A stretch of 64,000 nucleotides of DNA from Planctomycetota bacterium. GTDB taxonomy: Bacteria; Planctomycetota; UBA11346. Positions 35,971 to 46,198 of the stretch are shown here, piece after piece. The notes under the pieces were generated by a model. The model did not search any database and was not told the DNA's origin. It worked only from the letters and a program-made list of their open reading frames with translations. The stretch covers positions 32,001 to 96,000 of the forward strand of contig JBBRLJ010000001.1 of NCBI GenBank assembly GCA_038231435.1, in the 5' to 3' direction. Each line of letters starts with the position of its first letter. Position 1 is the first letter of the stretch. Position numbers and translations under genes: made by a program.

Positions 35971-38565
35971 ATGCGATCCCTACTCTCCATCCTCGTCCTC
36001 ATCACCGCCACGGCAGCGCTCGCACAGGGCGCGGTGACAGCCTCGGACTTCGCGTACGCGGACTACAGCGCTGGCGGAGTGGATGTGCCATATCGGCTCT
36101 ATACGCCGCCCGGAATGCAGGCCGGCGTGAAGTATCCGCTGATCCTGTTCCTGCACGGCGCGGGTGAGAAGGGAACCGACAACAACCTGCAGCTCGCATA
36201 CAATTGCCAAGGTGCGTTCAATTTCCTGTCGGACGCGAATCAGGCGAAGCAGAAGTGCCTGTTCATGGCCCCGCAGTCGTGGGCTACGGACTGGAGCGAT
36301 CCACAGATGCAGACGAACCTCGCAACGATCATCCAGCAGTTGATCGCGTCCGCATCGGTCGACGCCAATCGCGTGTATGTCACCGGAATCTCGATGGGCG
36401 GAGGCGGGACCTGGCAATGCCTGGCCAGCAATCCGGACGTGTTCGCGGCAGCGATTCCGCAGAGCGGCTGGGGCTGCGGTAATTACGCGGCGTTCAAGGA
36501 TAAGCCGCTGTGGTGCTTCCACGCGGCGAACGATGGCACGGTGGGCGTCGGGGCTGAAGATGGGCCCATCAACGAGCTGCGTTTCCTCGGAGGCAACCCG
36601 ATCTACACGCGCTACGACGGTGGCGGTCACGGCATCTGGCAGACGGCATACGCCACCCCCGGACTGTTCGACTGGTTGATCGCCCAGCGCCGCGGAGTGA
36701 GGGCGAATGCCGCGCCCCTGGTCGCATTCACGTCGCCGACCAACGGCACCTCGTTCACGACGTCGCAGAGCTATGTGACGTTCACCGGAACCGCGACCTC
36801 GTCGGGCGCGATTTCCAGCATCACCTACCAGTTCGGCGAGACGTGGGATGCCGCTTTCCAGACCGGCACCGCTGCGGGAGCATCGGCGTGGTCGTTCGGC
36901 ATCTCGATGCCAGCAGTCAGCACCACGCTGAATCTGCGCGCCATGGCGATCGGAACCAGCTGGTCCTCGCTCGGCGGCAATACCACATACAGCGCATCAA
37001 TGTCCGTTACGCGACAGAACGGCGTGAGCGACACCGTTGCGCCGGCGATCACCATTACCGGTCCCACGAGCGCGACCTCAGCGACCTCGTCGAGCGCGAC
37101 CTACGCCATCTCGGGCAGCGCCTCGGACAATGTCGGAGTCACAGGCATCACCTGGAGCAACAACCGCGGCGGCAGCGGTACGGCTGCCGGTTACGGCAGC
37201 TGGAGCGTCACCGGCATCTCGCTGCAAGGTGGGGCCAACGTCATCACCGTCACTGCGACCGATGCGGCTGGCAACACCGCATCGGACGCCATCACCGTCA
37301 CCTGGAACGCGCCTGATACCATCGCCCCGGCGGTGACGATCACCTCGCCGACCAGCGCAACGAGTTTCAACGCCTCAGCCGCGAGCATCGCCCTGGGCGG
37401 GACCGCCTCGGACAATATGGGCGTCACCAGCATTGGCTGGAGCAACGATCGTGGCGGCAGCGGCAGCGCGAGCGGCACCAACACCTGGAGCGTGGGATCG
37501 ATCGCGCTGCAGAATGGCGTGAACGTGATCACGGTGAGCGCACGCGACGTTGCCGGCAACAGTGGGTCAGACTCCATATCGGTGACCTGGAATCCGCCGA
37601 CTACTCCCCCGGTCGCCGGCGCGACATTCCGCGCCGAGTATTATCCCACGAACAATCTCACCGGCAGCCCGGTGCTGGCGTCGACCGCGAGCGTGTTCTT
37701 CGATTGGGGTTTCGGATCGCCCGCGGGCATGCCGAATGACAATTTCAGCGCGCGCTGGAGCGGCTCTGCCACGCCTACCGCTACGGGCACGTACACGTTC
37801 TTCGCCGCGGGAGACGATGGCATCCGCCTGTGGGTGAACGGAAGCCTGGTGATCGACGCATGGTACCCTCAAGGCGAGCGCGAATACGCCGCGGCGATCC
37901 CGGTCATCGCTGGCGTGCCGGTGTCGATCCGATTCGAGTATTTCGAACTCGGCGGCTCTGCCGTCGCGAAGCTGTCGTGGTCGGGACCGACCCAGGCCAA
38001 GCAGCCCATCCCGGCCTCTGCCGGTACGCCGGTCACCACCGTAGCGTACCGGGCTCTGATCGATTTCGGCGCCTGGAGCAAGCAGACTCCCGGATTCACC
38101 AACGTGTTCGACGAGACGGTCGTGCCCGTGGTCAGCGATACCGGTGCTTCGACCGGCGCCAGGGTCGTGATCACGGATTCGTTCGTCAGCGTAAATGAGA
38201 ACGGAGTGGTTGCCCATGACCTGTATCCAGGCACGGCGCAATCGGATACGCTGTACGTCGACGCGGTGAATAATCCCTATGCCGAAGTCCAGCTGCAGAG
38301 CCTGAACCCCGGCATGACCTATGATGTCACGCTGTTCGCGTCTCGAGGTGGCGTGAACGATGACCGCTCGAAGGTCTACACCGTCGGTGGCTCGTCGCAG
38401 GTCCTCAACGCTGCCAACAACACCAATCGCGTGGTGCGATTCGTCGGCATTCGTGCCGGAGCGGATGGCATCATCCGCATCGGCGTGGCCGCTGCTGCTG
38501 GATCCCCGTATGGGTACCTCGGCGTGGTCGAATTGATCGCGCACGCGCCAGTCGGCAATGGCTGA
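35971..38565 (+). CDS. Secreted alpha/beta-hydrolase (esterase/peptidase-like) with Ig-like repeats and PA14 domain
   Basis: AAGGAGG RBS; signal peptide; KYPLILFLHGAGE, YVTGISMGG (GxSxG), WCFHAAND; DTxAPAxTIT..ASDNxGVT repeats; DNFSARWSG..DDGIRLWVNG. Confidence 0.87.
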   Translation: MRSLLSILVLITATAALAQGAVTASDFAYADYSAGGVDVPYRLYTPPGMQAGVKYPLILFLHGAGEKGTDNNLQLAYNCQGAFNFLSDANQAKQKCLFMAPQSWATDWSDPQMQTNLATIIQQLIASASVDANRVYVTGISMGGGGTWQCLASNPDVFAAAIPQSGWGCGNYAAFKDKPLWCFHAANDGTVGVGAEDGPINELRFLGGNPIYTRYDGGGHGIWQTAYATPGLFDWLIAQRRGVRANAAPLVAFTSPTNGTSFTTSQSYVTFTGTATSSGAISSITYQFGETWDAAFQTGTAAGASAWSFGISMPAVSTTLNLRAMAIGTSWSSLGGNTTYSASMSVTRQNGVSDTVAPAITITGPTSATSATSSSATYAISGSASDNVGVTGITWSNNRGGSGTAAGYGSWSVTGISLQGGANVITVTATDAAGNTASDAITVTWNAPDTIAPAVTITSPTSATSFNASAASIALGGTASDNMGVTSIGWSNDRGGSGSASGTNTWSVGSIALQNGVNVITVSARDVAGNSGSDSISVTWNPPTTPPVAGATFRAEYYPTNNLTGSPVLASTASVFFDWGFGSPAGMPNDNFSARWSGSATPTATGTYTFFAAGDDGIRLWVNGSLVIDAWYPQGEREYAAAIPVIAGVPVSIRFEYFELGGSAVAKLSWSGPTQAKQPIPASAGTPVTTVAYRALIDFGAWSKQTPGFTNVFDETVVPVVSDTGASTGARVVITDSFVSVNENGVVAHDLYPGTAQSDTLYVDAVNNPYAEVQLQSLNPGMTYDVTLFASRGGVNDDRSKVYTVGGSSQVLNAANNTNRVVRFVGIRAGADGIIRIGVAAAAGSPYGYLGVVELIAHAPVGNG

Positions 38566-38871
38566 TCCGTTCGGCCGGGGTTTCCCGACCGTGATGTGAT
38601 GAGATGTGACAGCACCCGGCGTATTGTCCAAAAGGGCGGTCGCGGGATGCTGTCGCGTCCTGGGGAGTGGTCCAGCTTACTCTCATCAGCTGAATGGATG
38701 CACTGGTTCATAGATCCGAAATTGATTCATGCGAGCCGGTCGACGTGCCGCTCTCAGAATATCTCCACGTTGAAGTCATGAATTTCGAGAGCATTCATCT
38801 TCTACACATGTCTCTGACGAATGCGCGCAACGGCCAGATGCCAGGCCGGCCGGCGAACAGACCGCCCTACC

Positions 38872-39726
38872 TCAGCCCCGCTCCATCCGCCGTTCCTTGC
38901 TCCACCGTGTCGGACTGCGGCCGAACTTCTCGCGGAATCGACGAGTGAAGTACTCCGCGCTGTCGTAGTGGCAGCGCGCGGCGACCTCCTTAACGGTGAG
39001 CGTGCTGCTCGCCAGCAGTTGGCAGGCGCGCTCGAAGCGCACCTGCTCGACGTAATCCTTGGGCGACATCGCGTAGCGTTCGACGAACAGGCGGAAGAGC
39101 GTCGATCGGTTGACCCCGAAGCGCTCAGCCAATGCCGCAATGCGGATCGGGCCCAGGTGGTGGCGGATATAGTCGCGGCAGGCACCGGCGACGCCCACGG
39201 CCTTGCCGGACTCGGCCTCGAAGCCGAGATGCTCGGCTGTCCTCCAGATCAGTTGCCAGGCGGCGGCGGCGGGAAAGATGGGATTGAACCCGCCGTGCTT
39301 GAAACGCGCGAAGACCTCGATTGCGGCGGGCACGACGTCGTTACCCTCGCGCAGCCGATAGGACCGAGTCCCGGGTGGGAATCCCGCGCTCTGGATGACC
39401 CAGGCGACATCGCGGCCGACCAGTGATATCCACACGAAGCGCCAGGGCGATCCGGGGACGTCTGAGAGATCGACGACGTCGCCCGGCCAGTAGAGGAAGA
39501 CGTCATCGCGCGCGAGACGGATCTCGCGGCCGTCGCACAGCGCCGCTCCATCGCCGCCGATCATGAAGCGCATGAAGAAAGTCGGCGCATGCAGCCGGTA
39601 GCGGAAATAGCCACGGCTGGTGCAGTTGCCGATGACGTTTATCGCGACGTCCGGGACTTCGTCGAGCCTCGCCAGGTCGGCGTAGCACATGTCATTGATC
39701 GTCTCGCGGTCGTTCAGCGTCGGCAT
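38872..39726 (-). CDS. AraC family transcriptional regulator
   Basis: Cupin-like N-terminus; LAERFGVNRSTLFRLF..SPKDY..VKEVAARCHYDSAEYFTRRFREKFGRSP. Confidence 0.92.
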   Translation of the reverse strand: MPTLNDRETINDMCYADLARLDEVPDVAINVIGNCTSRGYFRYRLHAPTFFMRFMIGGDGAALCDGREIRLARDDVFLYWPGDVVDLSDVPGSPWRFVWISLVGRDVAWVIQSAGFPPGTRSYRLREGNDVVPAAIEVFARFKHGGFNPIFPAAAAWQLIWRTAEHLGFEAESGKAVGVAGACRDYIRHHLGPIRIAALAERFGVNRSTLFRLFVERYAMSPKDYVEQVRFERACQLLASSTLTVKEVAARCHYDSAEYFTRRFREKFGRSPTRWSKERRMERG

Positions 39727-39942
39727 GGACGGGCCTCGCACGGCGACTCTACCCGCATCGAGGAGGGACTCGGGCCAAGGGCGCTAAATAGGCATCACGT
39801 CATCATCACACACAGCTCGCGATGCGGTCACCCGACCACGGCCTCCTCACCTCTGTGCCGCGAATCCGATTATGCGGGTCGGGTGCAGCATTCTCGCCGT
39901 TGGCGCGAAGACGATCAATGAACCATCCCTACTTTCCATTTT

Positions 39943-40236
39943 TCACCTACCCGACGTCCTCCCCCACCGCCCCCACGCCACCGCTCCCGCCATCACTCCC
40001 ATCGCCACTGCCCAGTCCATTGGATTCTCGACGCTCAGCTTCAGCGAGTAACTCGCATACAGGGCCCCGAGCGCGAAGATCTCGATCGTCAGCACGGTTG
40101 CGGCCCACGGTGTCAGCACCGACATCCGCCTCGTCGCCATAGCCATGGTGAGCAAGACCGCGCCCATCTTCTCGAGCACCCTGATCCTCCCCCGATACTG
40201 CGTACACCATGTTGCGAAGTAAGCCTCGGGGTAACA
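39943..40236 (-). pseudogene. Probable degraded DoxX-like membrane protein remnant
   Basis: Frame reads VLEKMGAVLL..VLTPWAATVLTIEIFALGALYASYSLKLSVENPMDWAVAMGVMAGAVAWGRW, recalled as the C-half of a DoxX-like family; no clear N-terminal half; atypical codon usage. Confidence 0.4.
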
Positions 40237-40271
40237 TCGTCCTTGGGCCGCTCCCCTCTTTCGATGGTCTC

Positions 40272-41771
40272 CTACTCCTTCGCCGCTAATTCCGGCAGCA
40301 AGTGTTGCAGCTCTGCGAGCGTCGTCCGCCCTTCAGCCGCCTTGCGCACGCCATCGGCGGCCATGGTCACGAAGCCCTGGCCGATGGCGATTGAGCGCAG
40401 CTCGGCATCGGTCGCGTTGCGGCGCAGGGCGAAGCGGAGCTCACGCGTCACCTCGAGCGCCTCGCTGACCATCATTCGCCCGCTGTATCCGGTGTCGTGG
40501 CAAGCGGGGCACCCGGCGGCGCGCTTCCATGCAGGCTTAACCGTGCTCCAGGCGACACCGCCCGACCCGGCTACGAGTTCAGCGTGGCGGGCGCTCGCCG
40601 CCGCGGGAGCGCCCGCCACGGCGCACTTCGCGCACAACCTGCGCACCAGGCGCTGCGCCATTACCAGCGCAACCTCCTCGAGGCCGGCCTCGTGGTCGCT
40701 CGAGAGGTCGGCGATGCGGCGCAACGCGGCGATCGCGTCGGGGGCATGCAGGCAGGCGAGCACGAGATGTCCGGTGATAGCGCATTCGGCGGCGGCCTCC
40801 ATGGTCTCCCGATCGCGCAGGTTCTCGAGCACGACGATGTCGGGATCGACTCGCAGCACTGCGCGCAGCGCCGCGGGATAGTCCATCCCCTGCTCGACGT
40901 CGACGCGCACGCGCACGGCCTGTGGCAGGCTGTAGGGCATGTGCTCCTCGATCGTGACCAGCCGTGCTTCGGTGGTGGCAGTGAGCTGGGCGCAGCCGTA
41001 CATGGCGGTCGATTTGCCGCTGCCGGTCGGACCGGCGAAGATCACCAGGCCATTCGGCGCCTTGAGCGCGCGCTCGAGCGCAGCGCGTTCACGCGGCGCG
41101 AAGCTCATCGCCTCGAGCGTCGGCAGGCTCAACGACAGGTCGTGGAAGCGTGCGACCACGCATTCACCGTGCACCGCCGGCAGGGTGGTCGCACGGATGT
41201 CGATGCGCTGGCCATCGCTCTCGATGGTCATCAGGCCGTCCTGGGCACGGCTGGAGAGGGCGAGGTTCATTCCGGTCATGCGCTTGAGCTGCTCAACCAT
41301 GAGCGGCTGCAGGCGCACGTCGAAGCGCGCGATTTCGACCAGGGCGCCATCGATGCGCAACTGGATCGCGCCCGCGCTCGGAAAGGCGAGCAGGTGCAGG
41401 TCACTCGCCTTCATGCGCATTGCAACGCGGATTGAGAGCTGCATGGCTACCTGGACCAGGTCGCCCGTCGGCTCGGCAGCGCGCTCGCCAAGGCGCTCGC
41501 GCAGGCCGTGGATCAGCGGCTTGATGTCCGTCGGCAGGTCGACGCGAGGACCCTCGCCCTTGAGGAAGCGCTCGATGTCGTCGCGGCGGAAACGCCACTG
41601 GCGCCCGATCTTCACCCCCTTCACGGTCCCGGCGCGCAGCCAGCGATAGAAAGTCGGCCGCGTGGTGGTCAGCGCGGTGATCGCCTGATCCATGTCGAGC
41701 AGGTCGGATGCCGCCGGCGCCGCCAGTGAGGGAGCGGCGGAACGGCTGCGGGGCTTGGCGGTACGGGGCAT
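40272..41771 (-). CDS. GspE/PilB-family ATPase fused to an N-terminal excisionase-like (HTH_17/MerR-like) DNA-binding domain
   Basis: LLDMDQAITALTTTRPTFYRWLRAGTVKGVKIGRQWRFRRDDIERFL; ASDLH, RIDGAL, GPTGSGKS, TGHLVLACLH, CAKC..CPAC..GYSGR; AGGAG RBS. Confidence 0.9.
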   Translation of the reverse strand: MPRTAKPRSRSAAPSLAAPAASDLLDMDQAITALTTTRPTFYRWLRAGTVKGVKIGRQWRFRRDDIERFLKGEGPRVDLPTDIKPLIHGLRERLGERAAEPTGDLVQVAMQLSIRVAMRMKASDLHLLAFPSAGAIQLRIDGALVEIARFDVRLQPLMVEQLKRMTGMNLALSSRAQDGLMTIESDGQRIDIRATTLPAVHGECVVARFHDLSLSLPTLEAMSFAPRERAALERALKAPNGLVIFAGPTGSGKSTAMYGCAQLTATTEARLVTIEEHMPYSLPQAVRVRVDVEQGMDYPAALRAVLRVDPDIVVLENLRDRETMEAAAECAITGHLVLACLHAPDAIAALRRIADLSSDHEAGLEEVALVMAQRLVRRLCAKCAVAGAPAAASARHAELVAGSGGVAWSTVKPAWKRAAGCPACHDTGYSGRMMVSEALEVTRELRFALRRNATDAELRSIAIGQGFVTMAADGVRKAAEGRTTLAELQHLLPELAAKE

Positions 41772-41820
41772 GGGGTTGTCTCCTGACCTCAGAAGATGCA
41801 AATTCGCTCGAGATGACCAA

Positions 41821-41870
41821 AGGTTTTTTATCGTTACGTAAAGTTACACTATGATGCTTTATGATATTTT
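41821..41870. promoter_or_regulatory. AT-rich promoter region with five 10-bp phased imperfect direct repeats
   Basis: AGGTTTTTTA/TCGTTACGTA/AAGTTACACT/ATGATGCTTT/ATGATATTTT, with G-W-T at the same phase in each unit; 50-100 nt upstream of the HTH-ATPase. Confidence 0.5.
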
Positions 41871-42148
41871 AACCGATCCCCGTCTGGTTCCTTGCTCTGA
41901 GCCGTTTCGAATGCGGGATGACTCGGCGCTCCCACCTTCCCACCCCGGAGCGTAGACGGCGGCGAAATAACAGGCCACAAAACCGGATCCCTACGACCGG
42001 TCGAATCCCTGGACCGGTCATTATTGAAACGTTGGGCGAAGTTGGGCTGTCCATGCGCGCGCGAATGGCGACGGATCGCAGCGTGGACGCCTGGGAGCAG
42101 GTCGACGAGATCCGCAGTGCGCACGGGAATCTTGCGCGCGGCGTCCGG

Positions 42149-43018
42149 TCACATCCCCCCTCTCCGCGGGTCCAGCACGCTCTCGACCTGCGATCGCCAG
42201 CGCGCGGGGCTCGTGCCATATGCGCGCTTGAATACGCGGCTGAAGTGGAATGGGTCGGCGAAACCGACGGCGGCGGCGACCTGGTTCACGGTGCAGGTTC
42301 CGCCGATCAGGAGCTGTTGCGCGCGCTGCATGCGGCGGCTCGCGAGGTAGGCCATCGGTGGTTCGCGCATCACGGTGAGGAACAGTTCATGGAAGCGTGA
42401 TGCGGACAACCCGGCGAGCCGAGCGAGCGCCGCGCGCGAGGCCGGCTGGTCGAGGTGCTCGTCGATCCAGGTCAGCACCGGAGCGAGCCGTTGCAGGTTC
42501 GCCACCAGCGAAGCCGCGCGGGCATTCGCGGGGCAGCCGTCGATGATCAGGTCGAGCAGGCGCAGGCCGAGCGTCGTTCCGCGCACCGCGCGCTCGATCG
42601 GCGACGGTGGCGGATCGCAGCGGTGGAATTCCGCGAGCAGGGCCAGGAGGTCTCCGTAGGCCGTTCGCGGCGGAGGCCGGGCCACCGGCACGTCGAAGAG
42701 CGAGAGCACGCTCACGCCGCCGAGGATCCGGAACGAGGCGTGGCCCCAGCGCGCTACGCCGACGCCGACCTCGGTCGAGTCGATGCGGTGATGGATGTTC
42801 TCGTCCAACACGATCGCCGATCCTGGTTCGGCGACGATGGTGGGCTCGCCGCGGCGTTCGATGCGCGCGCGCAGCCCGAGGTTCTCGACCAGGGTGGTCC
42901 CGGGCAGGGAGCGCCAGCCGGTGGTGTGCGTGCCGATGCGCGTGACGTCTCCCGAGAGCCAGACCACGCGCAGCGTCGCCTCGACGAGGGTGCGCAGCTG
43001 GGTGCCGGCGTCGCTCAC
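42149..43018 (-). CDS. AraC family transcriptional regulator
   Basis: LARLAGLSASRFHELF..PMAYL..VAAAVGFADPFHFSRVFKRAYGTSP; GTG start is an estimate. Confidence 0.92.
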   Translation of the reverse strand: MSDAGTQLRTLVEATLRVVWLSGDVTRIGTHTTGWRSLPGTTLVENLGLRARIERRGEPTIVAEPGSAIVLDENIHHRIDSTEVGVGVARWGHASFRILGGVSVLSLFDVPVARPPPRTAYGDLLALLAEFHRCDPPPSPIERAVRGTTLGLRLLDLIIDGCPANARAASLVANLQRLAPVLTWIDEHLDQPASRAALARLAGLSASRFHELFLTVMREPPMAYLASRRMQRAQQLLIGGTCTVNQVAAAVGFADPFHFSRVFKRAYGTSPARWRSQVESVLDPRRGGM

Positions 43019-43231
43019 CGGGCACCGCCCAGGGAGCCGCGGCCACAGCGCCAGCCGCTGAACCATGCCGCCGCCGGAGTATTATCCAGGTTGGCTGGAG
43101 CGTCATCCATGGAGATTTCGGAGGAGTATCGCATATAATCACCCATGTCCGAAACGGATGAAGTCCTCACGGAGGATCGTCCATTCGGCACCCTCGGCAA
43201 CCAGCAAGCGCCCACCCGCGCAGGAGACGCC

Positions 43232-44119
43232 ATGCGCCCCACCCAGCAACAGCTGAGCTTCTTCCACCGCTTCGGCTACCTGGTCGTGCGCCAGCTGTTC
43301 GACGCACGCGAGGTGGCCGCGGTGACGCACGCCTTCGAGCGCACCATGCACGATTTCGGCACCGCGCGCGTCCATGACGGCACGCGCCGCACCGGCATCC
43401 TCGGACCGATCCAGCACATTCCCGAGATGAACGGGATACTCGACCATCCGGGGATCCTCGACCTCGCCGGCGGCATCCTCGGCGACGATTTCAACTACGC
43501 GTGCGGCGATGGCAATTATTACAGCGGCGAGACGGGATGGCACCCCGATGGCGACTGGCACCAGCTGTTCGCCTGCAAGATCCTCTTCTACCTCGATCCG
43601 CTGACGCGCGCGACCGGCGCGTTGCGCGTCATCCCCGGCAGCCATCTCCCCGACCATCCCTTGCGCGCCGGCGGCGCCAAGCCCGCCGAGCGACTGATGG
43701 CGTGGCTGAACGAGAGCGGACTCGGCCAAAGCGAGTACCCCGGCGACGTCGCCGTCGAAACCCAGCCCGGCGACATCATCATCTTCAACCACGATCTCCT
43801 GCATGCATCATTTGGCGGCGGCAAGCGCCGACGCATGTTCACCATGAACCTCACCCGCCACTGCGAGACCCCCGAGGACCTGGCCCTGCTGCGTTCGTAC
43901 GTCTCGGTCCACTCCCCCGGCGGCTATAAGCTGCCAATCGGTGGCATGTACTTCCGCCCCATCCTCGACACCGCCTCACCCGCCCGCATGCGTCATCTCG
44001 AGCAGTGCCGCGGGATCCACGACGAGCTCTTCCCGCACCTCGTCGAGCAGCAGACGCATCGGCAACAGGTCGAGAACATGCTGAAAGTCATGCATCCGGA
44101 AGCTTTGGCGGCGGTCTAG
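43232..44119 (+). CDS. PhyH family Fe(II)/2OG dioxygenase
   Basis: AGGAG RBS; FFHRFGYLVVRQLF, WHPDG, GALRVIPGSH, PGDIIIFNHDLLHAS. Confidence 0.9.
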   Translation: MRPTQQQLSFFHRFGYLVVRQLFDAREVAAVTHAFERTMHDFGTARVHDGTRRTGILGPIQHIPEMNGILDHPGILDLAGGILGDDFNYACGDGNYYSGETGWHPDGDWHQLFACKILFYLDPLTRATGALRVIPGSHLPDHPLRAGGAKPAERLMAWLNESGLGQSEYPGDVAVETQPGDIIIFNHDLLHASFGGGKRRRMFTMNLTRHCETPEDLALLRSYVSVHSPGGYKLPIGGMYFRPILDTASPARMRHLEQCRGIHDELFPHLVEQQTHRQQVENMLKVMHPEALAAV

Positions 44120-44132
44120 AGCGCGGCCCGGG

Positions 44133-44501
44133 TCAGATCGGCTCATCCCCCTCCTCGTCGTCGCGCTTCCTCACGGGAATGACCACATATCCGGGGATCG
44201 GCTTCCTGACCTTCCTGCCCTTCGGAGCCTGGAGCACCGCGCCCTTGGTCGGCACCGGCTTGTTGTAGCTCACCGCCTTCAGCGTCCGCTTGGCTCGGCG
44301 CTTGATCTGTTTCTTCAGGCGATCGAGCAGCCATTCGAGGATGCCGATCTCCTCATTGATGGCTGCCCAGGCGGTGGCGTCTTGGTGCTTGTCGAGCCTC
44401 TTGAGCGCGATGATTCGCACCGCGATGCGGCAATCCAAGGCCAGCGGATCCGTCGCGACCTCAGCGGGGATCTCGAAGTAGGCGCGTTGCCTGGAGGACA
44501 T
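44133..44501 (-). CDS. Small basic hypothetical protein
   Basis: ORF with GC3-biased codons; Lys/Arg-rich C-half with an acidic tail. Confidence 0.5.
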   Translation of the reverse strand: MSSRQRAYFEIPAEVATDPLALDCRIAVRIIALKRLDKHQDATAWAAINEEIGILEWLLDRLKKQIKRRAKRTLKAVSYNKPVPTKGAVLQAPKGRKVRKPIPGYVVIPVRKRDDEEGDEPI

Positions 44502-44651
44502 GGTGGCTGGTGGGTGCCGCATGCGATGGCGGCAATGGTATTCGGCGATGCGGGAAGCGTGTGCGCTATCGGCCCTCCACATCACGCCATCCGCGATCGC
44601 CCCGGCTCGGCGACCACCGGGCGCTAGGCCCGACAGCTATCCTGTGATGAC

Positions 44652-45110
44652 CTACTTGACCACCATCTCGACGACGGTCTTCAGCAGGGGTTCGTATTCC
44701 TCGATGTTCATGGGCTTGGCCAGGTACGCATCCGCGCCGAGGGCGAGGGCCTCGGCCTTTTCGCTCTCGCGTTGGGACGAACTCAGCATGAGCACCGGGA
44801 TGCCTGGAAAATTCCGCTTCAAGATCACCAGGATCTCTTTGCCGTTCATGATCGGCAGGTTCACGTCCAGGATGATGAGGTCGGGTCTGATCCGTGCCTG
44901 GTATGCCGCGGCGCAGCCCACCCGGTCGATGATGGCCTGGCCGGTACTGAGATCGGGCATCAGTTCCAGGGCGATCGGCAGCGGCTGTCCTAAGCAGCCG
45001 TCCTTGAGGCTCTCCCTCAAGAGGACGAAATCTCCGTCGTTGTCATCGATGACCAGGACCAGCGGCGGGACCGGCTCTGGGACGATCGGAGATGGAGCTG
45101 CATCGGGCAT
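44652..45110 (-). CDS. Single-domain response regulator (receiver)
   Basis: LVIDDN, PDLIILDVNLP..NG, VLMLSSS, GADAYLAKP. Confidence 0.92.
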   Translation of the reverse strand: MPDAAPSPIVPEPVPPLVLVIDDNDGDFVLLRESLKDGCLGQPLPIALELMPDLSTGQAIIDRVGCAAAYQARIRPDLIILDVNLPIMNGKEILVILKRNFPGIPVLMLSSSQRESEKAEALALGADAYLAKPMNIEEYEPLLKTVVEMVVK

Positions 45111-45295
45111 GTAGGCTCCCACAGATTAGAGTATAACCTGAAGGATATCAAGTTGAGGATAGGCTGCCGACCTACGCTGCTGTTCTTTGTTTTTTCTGTC
45201 AGAGGTACCGCCACGCATCTGGATACCGGGCTGATGACACGGTCAGTGCGAGGGATCGGGCGGTCGCTGCAGCCACTGGACAGTTCGACCGCCTA

Positions 45296-46144
45296 TCAGC
45301 CTTTCCGGAATTCCCTCGGCCCCATCCCATCACTGCGCCGCAGGCAACGCGCCAGGTGATGACGCGACGCATACCCGCAGCGCGATGCGATCATCGCCGC
45401 ATCCCCATCCGTTTCACGCAACAGCACCCGCGCCAATGCCAACCGCCGCATCGCCAGCCAGCGACCCGGTTCATCTCCGGTGCGCTCCTGGAACCGGCGC
45501 GTGAGGTGTTCCCGGCTGATCCCGAAACTCGCCGCGAGCGACTTGATCGATGCCGCCTCGTGCGGCGCAGCCAAGAGCGCGTCCACCGCACGGTCTCCGG
45601 CGGCGCGTGGGGCGTCACCCCCGGCGCTGCAAGCGGCGGCGATGCGCAGCACCAGCGCGTGCACGCCCGCCGCTTCGTCGAACGGATGCGGACGCTGCTG
45701 ACGCCGACCGAGCGCGCCGAGGCGCCCGATCTCGAGGGCAAGGCCGCGAGCGGTCACGGCGTCGACCCGGATCAGGTCTCCATAGGTCCCCTCCAATGAC
45801 TGCCAGTGCTCGCTCAGACCGGCCCCCGACAATTCGATCCACCACGAGTCGTAGGGTGTATGTGGGATGCTCCGCCACCCGTAGATCAGTGGTTGGCCGG
45901 TGCGCATGAGCAGCAGCGTGCCCGGGTCCGCAAGACGTTCTCGTCCTGGCGATTGAAGCGGTAAAGAGCCACCGATGGTGAGCTGGGCGATGACATTGCG
46001 GCGCGTGCGCGCGCCGTTGTCCCACCAGTAGCCCTGGCGTGCGGGAATGGCGCTCCGCCCGCCGTCGAAGACGCGCCAGAAGGCGTCGCCCACGTTCGCG
46101 GACTGCGGACCGGTACGGGCGCGAGAGATCACCGGTGAGGTCAC
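45296..46144 (-). CDS. AraC family transcriptional regulator
   Basis: SIKSLAASFGISREHLTRRF..RRLALARVLL..IASRCGYASRHHLAR..GPREFR; start is an estimate. Confidence 0.87.
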   Translation of the reverse strand: MTSPVISRARTGPQSANVGDAFWRVFDGGRSAIPARQGYWWDNGARTRRNVIAQLTIGGSLPLQSPGRERLADPGTLLLMRTGQPLIYGWRSIPHTPYDSWWIELSGAGLSEHWQSLEGTYGDLIRVDAVTARGLALEIGRLGALGRRQQRPHPFDEAAGVHALVLRIAAACSAGGDAPRAAGDRAVDALLAAPHEAASIKSLAASFGISREHLTRRFQERTGDEPGRWLAMRRLALARVLLRETDGDAAMIASRCGYASRHHLARCLRRSDGMGPREFRKG

Positions 46145-46198
46145 GATAAGTCCACTCCAATGACAGCTTGACCAGCGGCGGACTGGGCGCCACTGGCG

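Noticed and set aside
37030..37590. Internal DNA repeats in the esterase gene
   Set aside because: Explained by tandem Ig-like protein domains
38548..38565. C-terminal PVGNG of the esterase as a sorting signal
   Set aside because: Only one instance in the window, so it cannot be supported
40272..41771. Excisionase marking a mobile element
   Set aside because: The HTH is fused in frame to a secretion-type ATPase and no integrase is nearby
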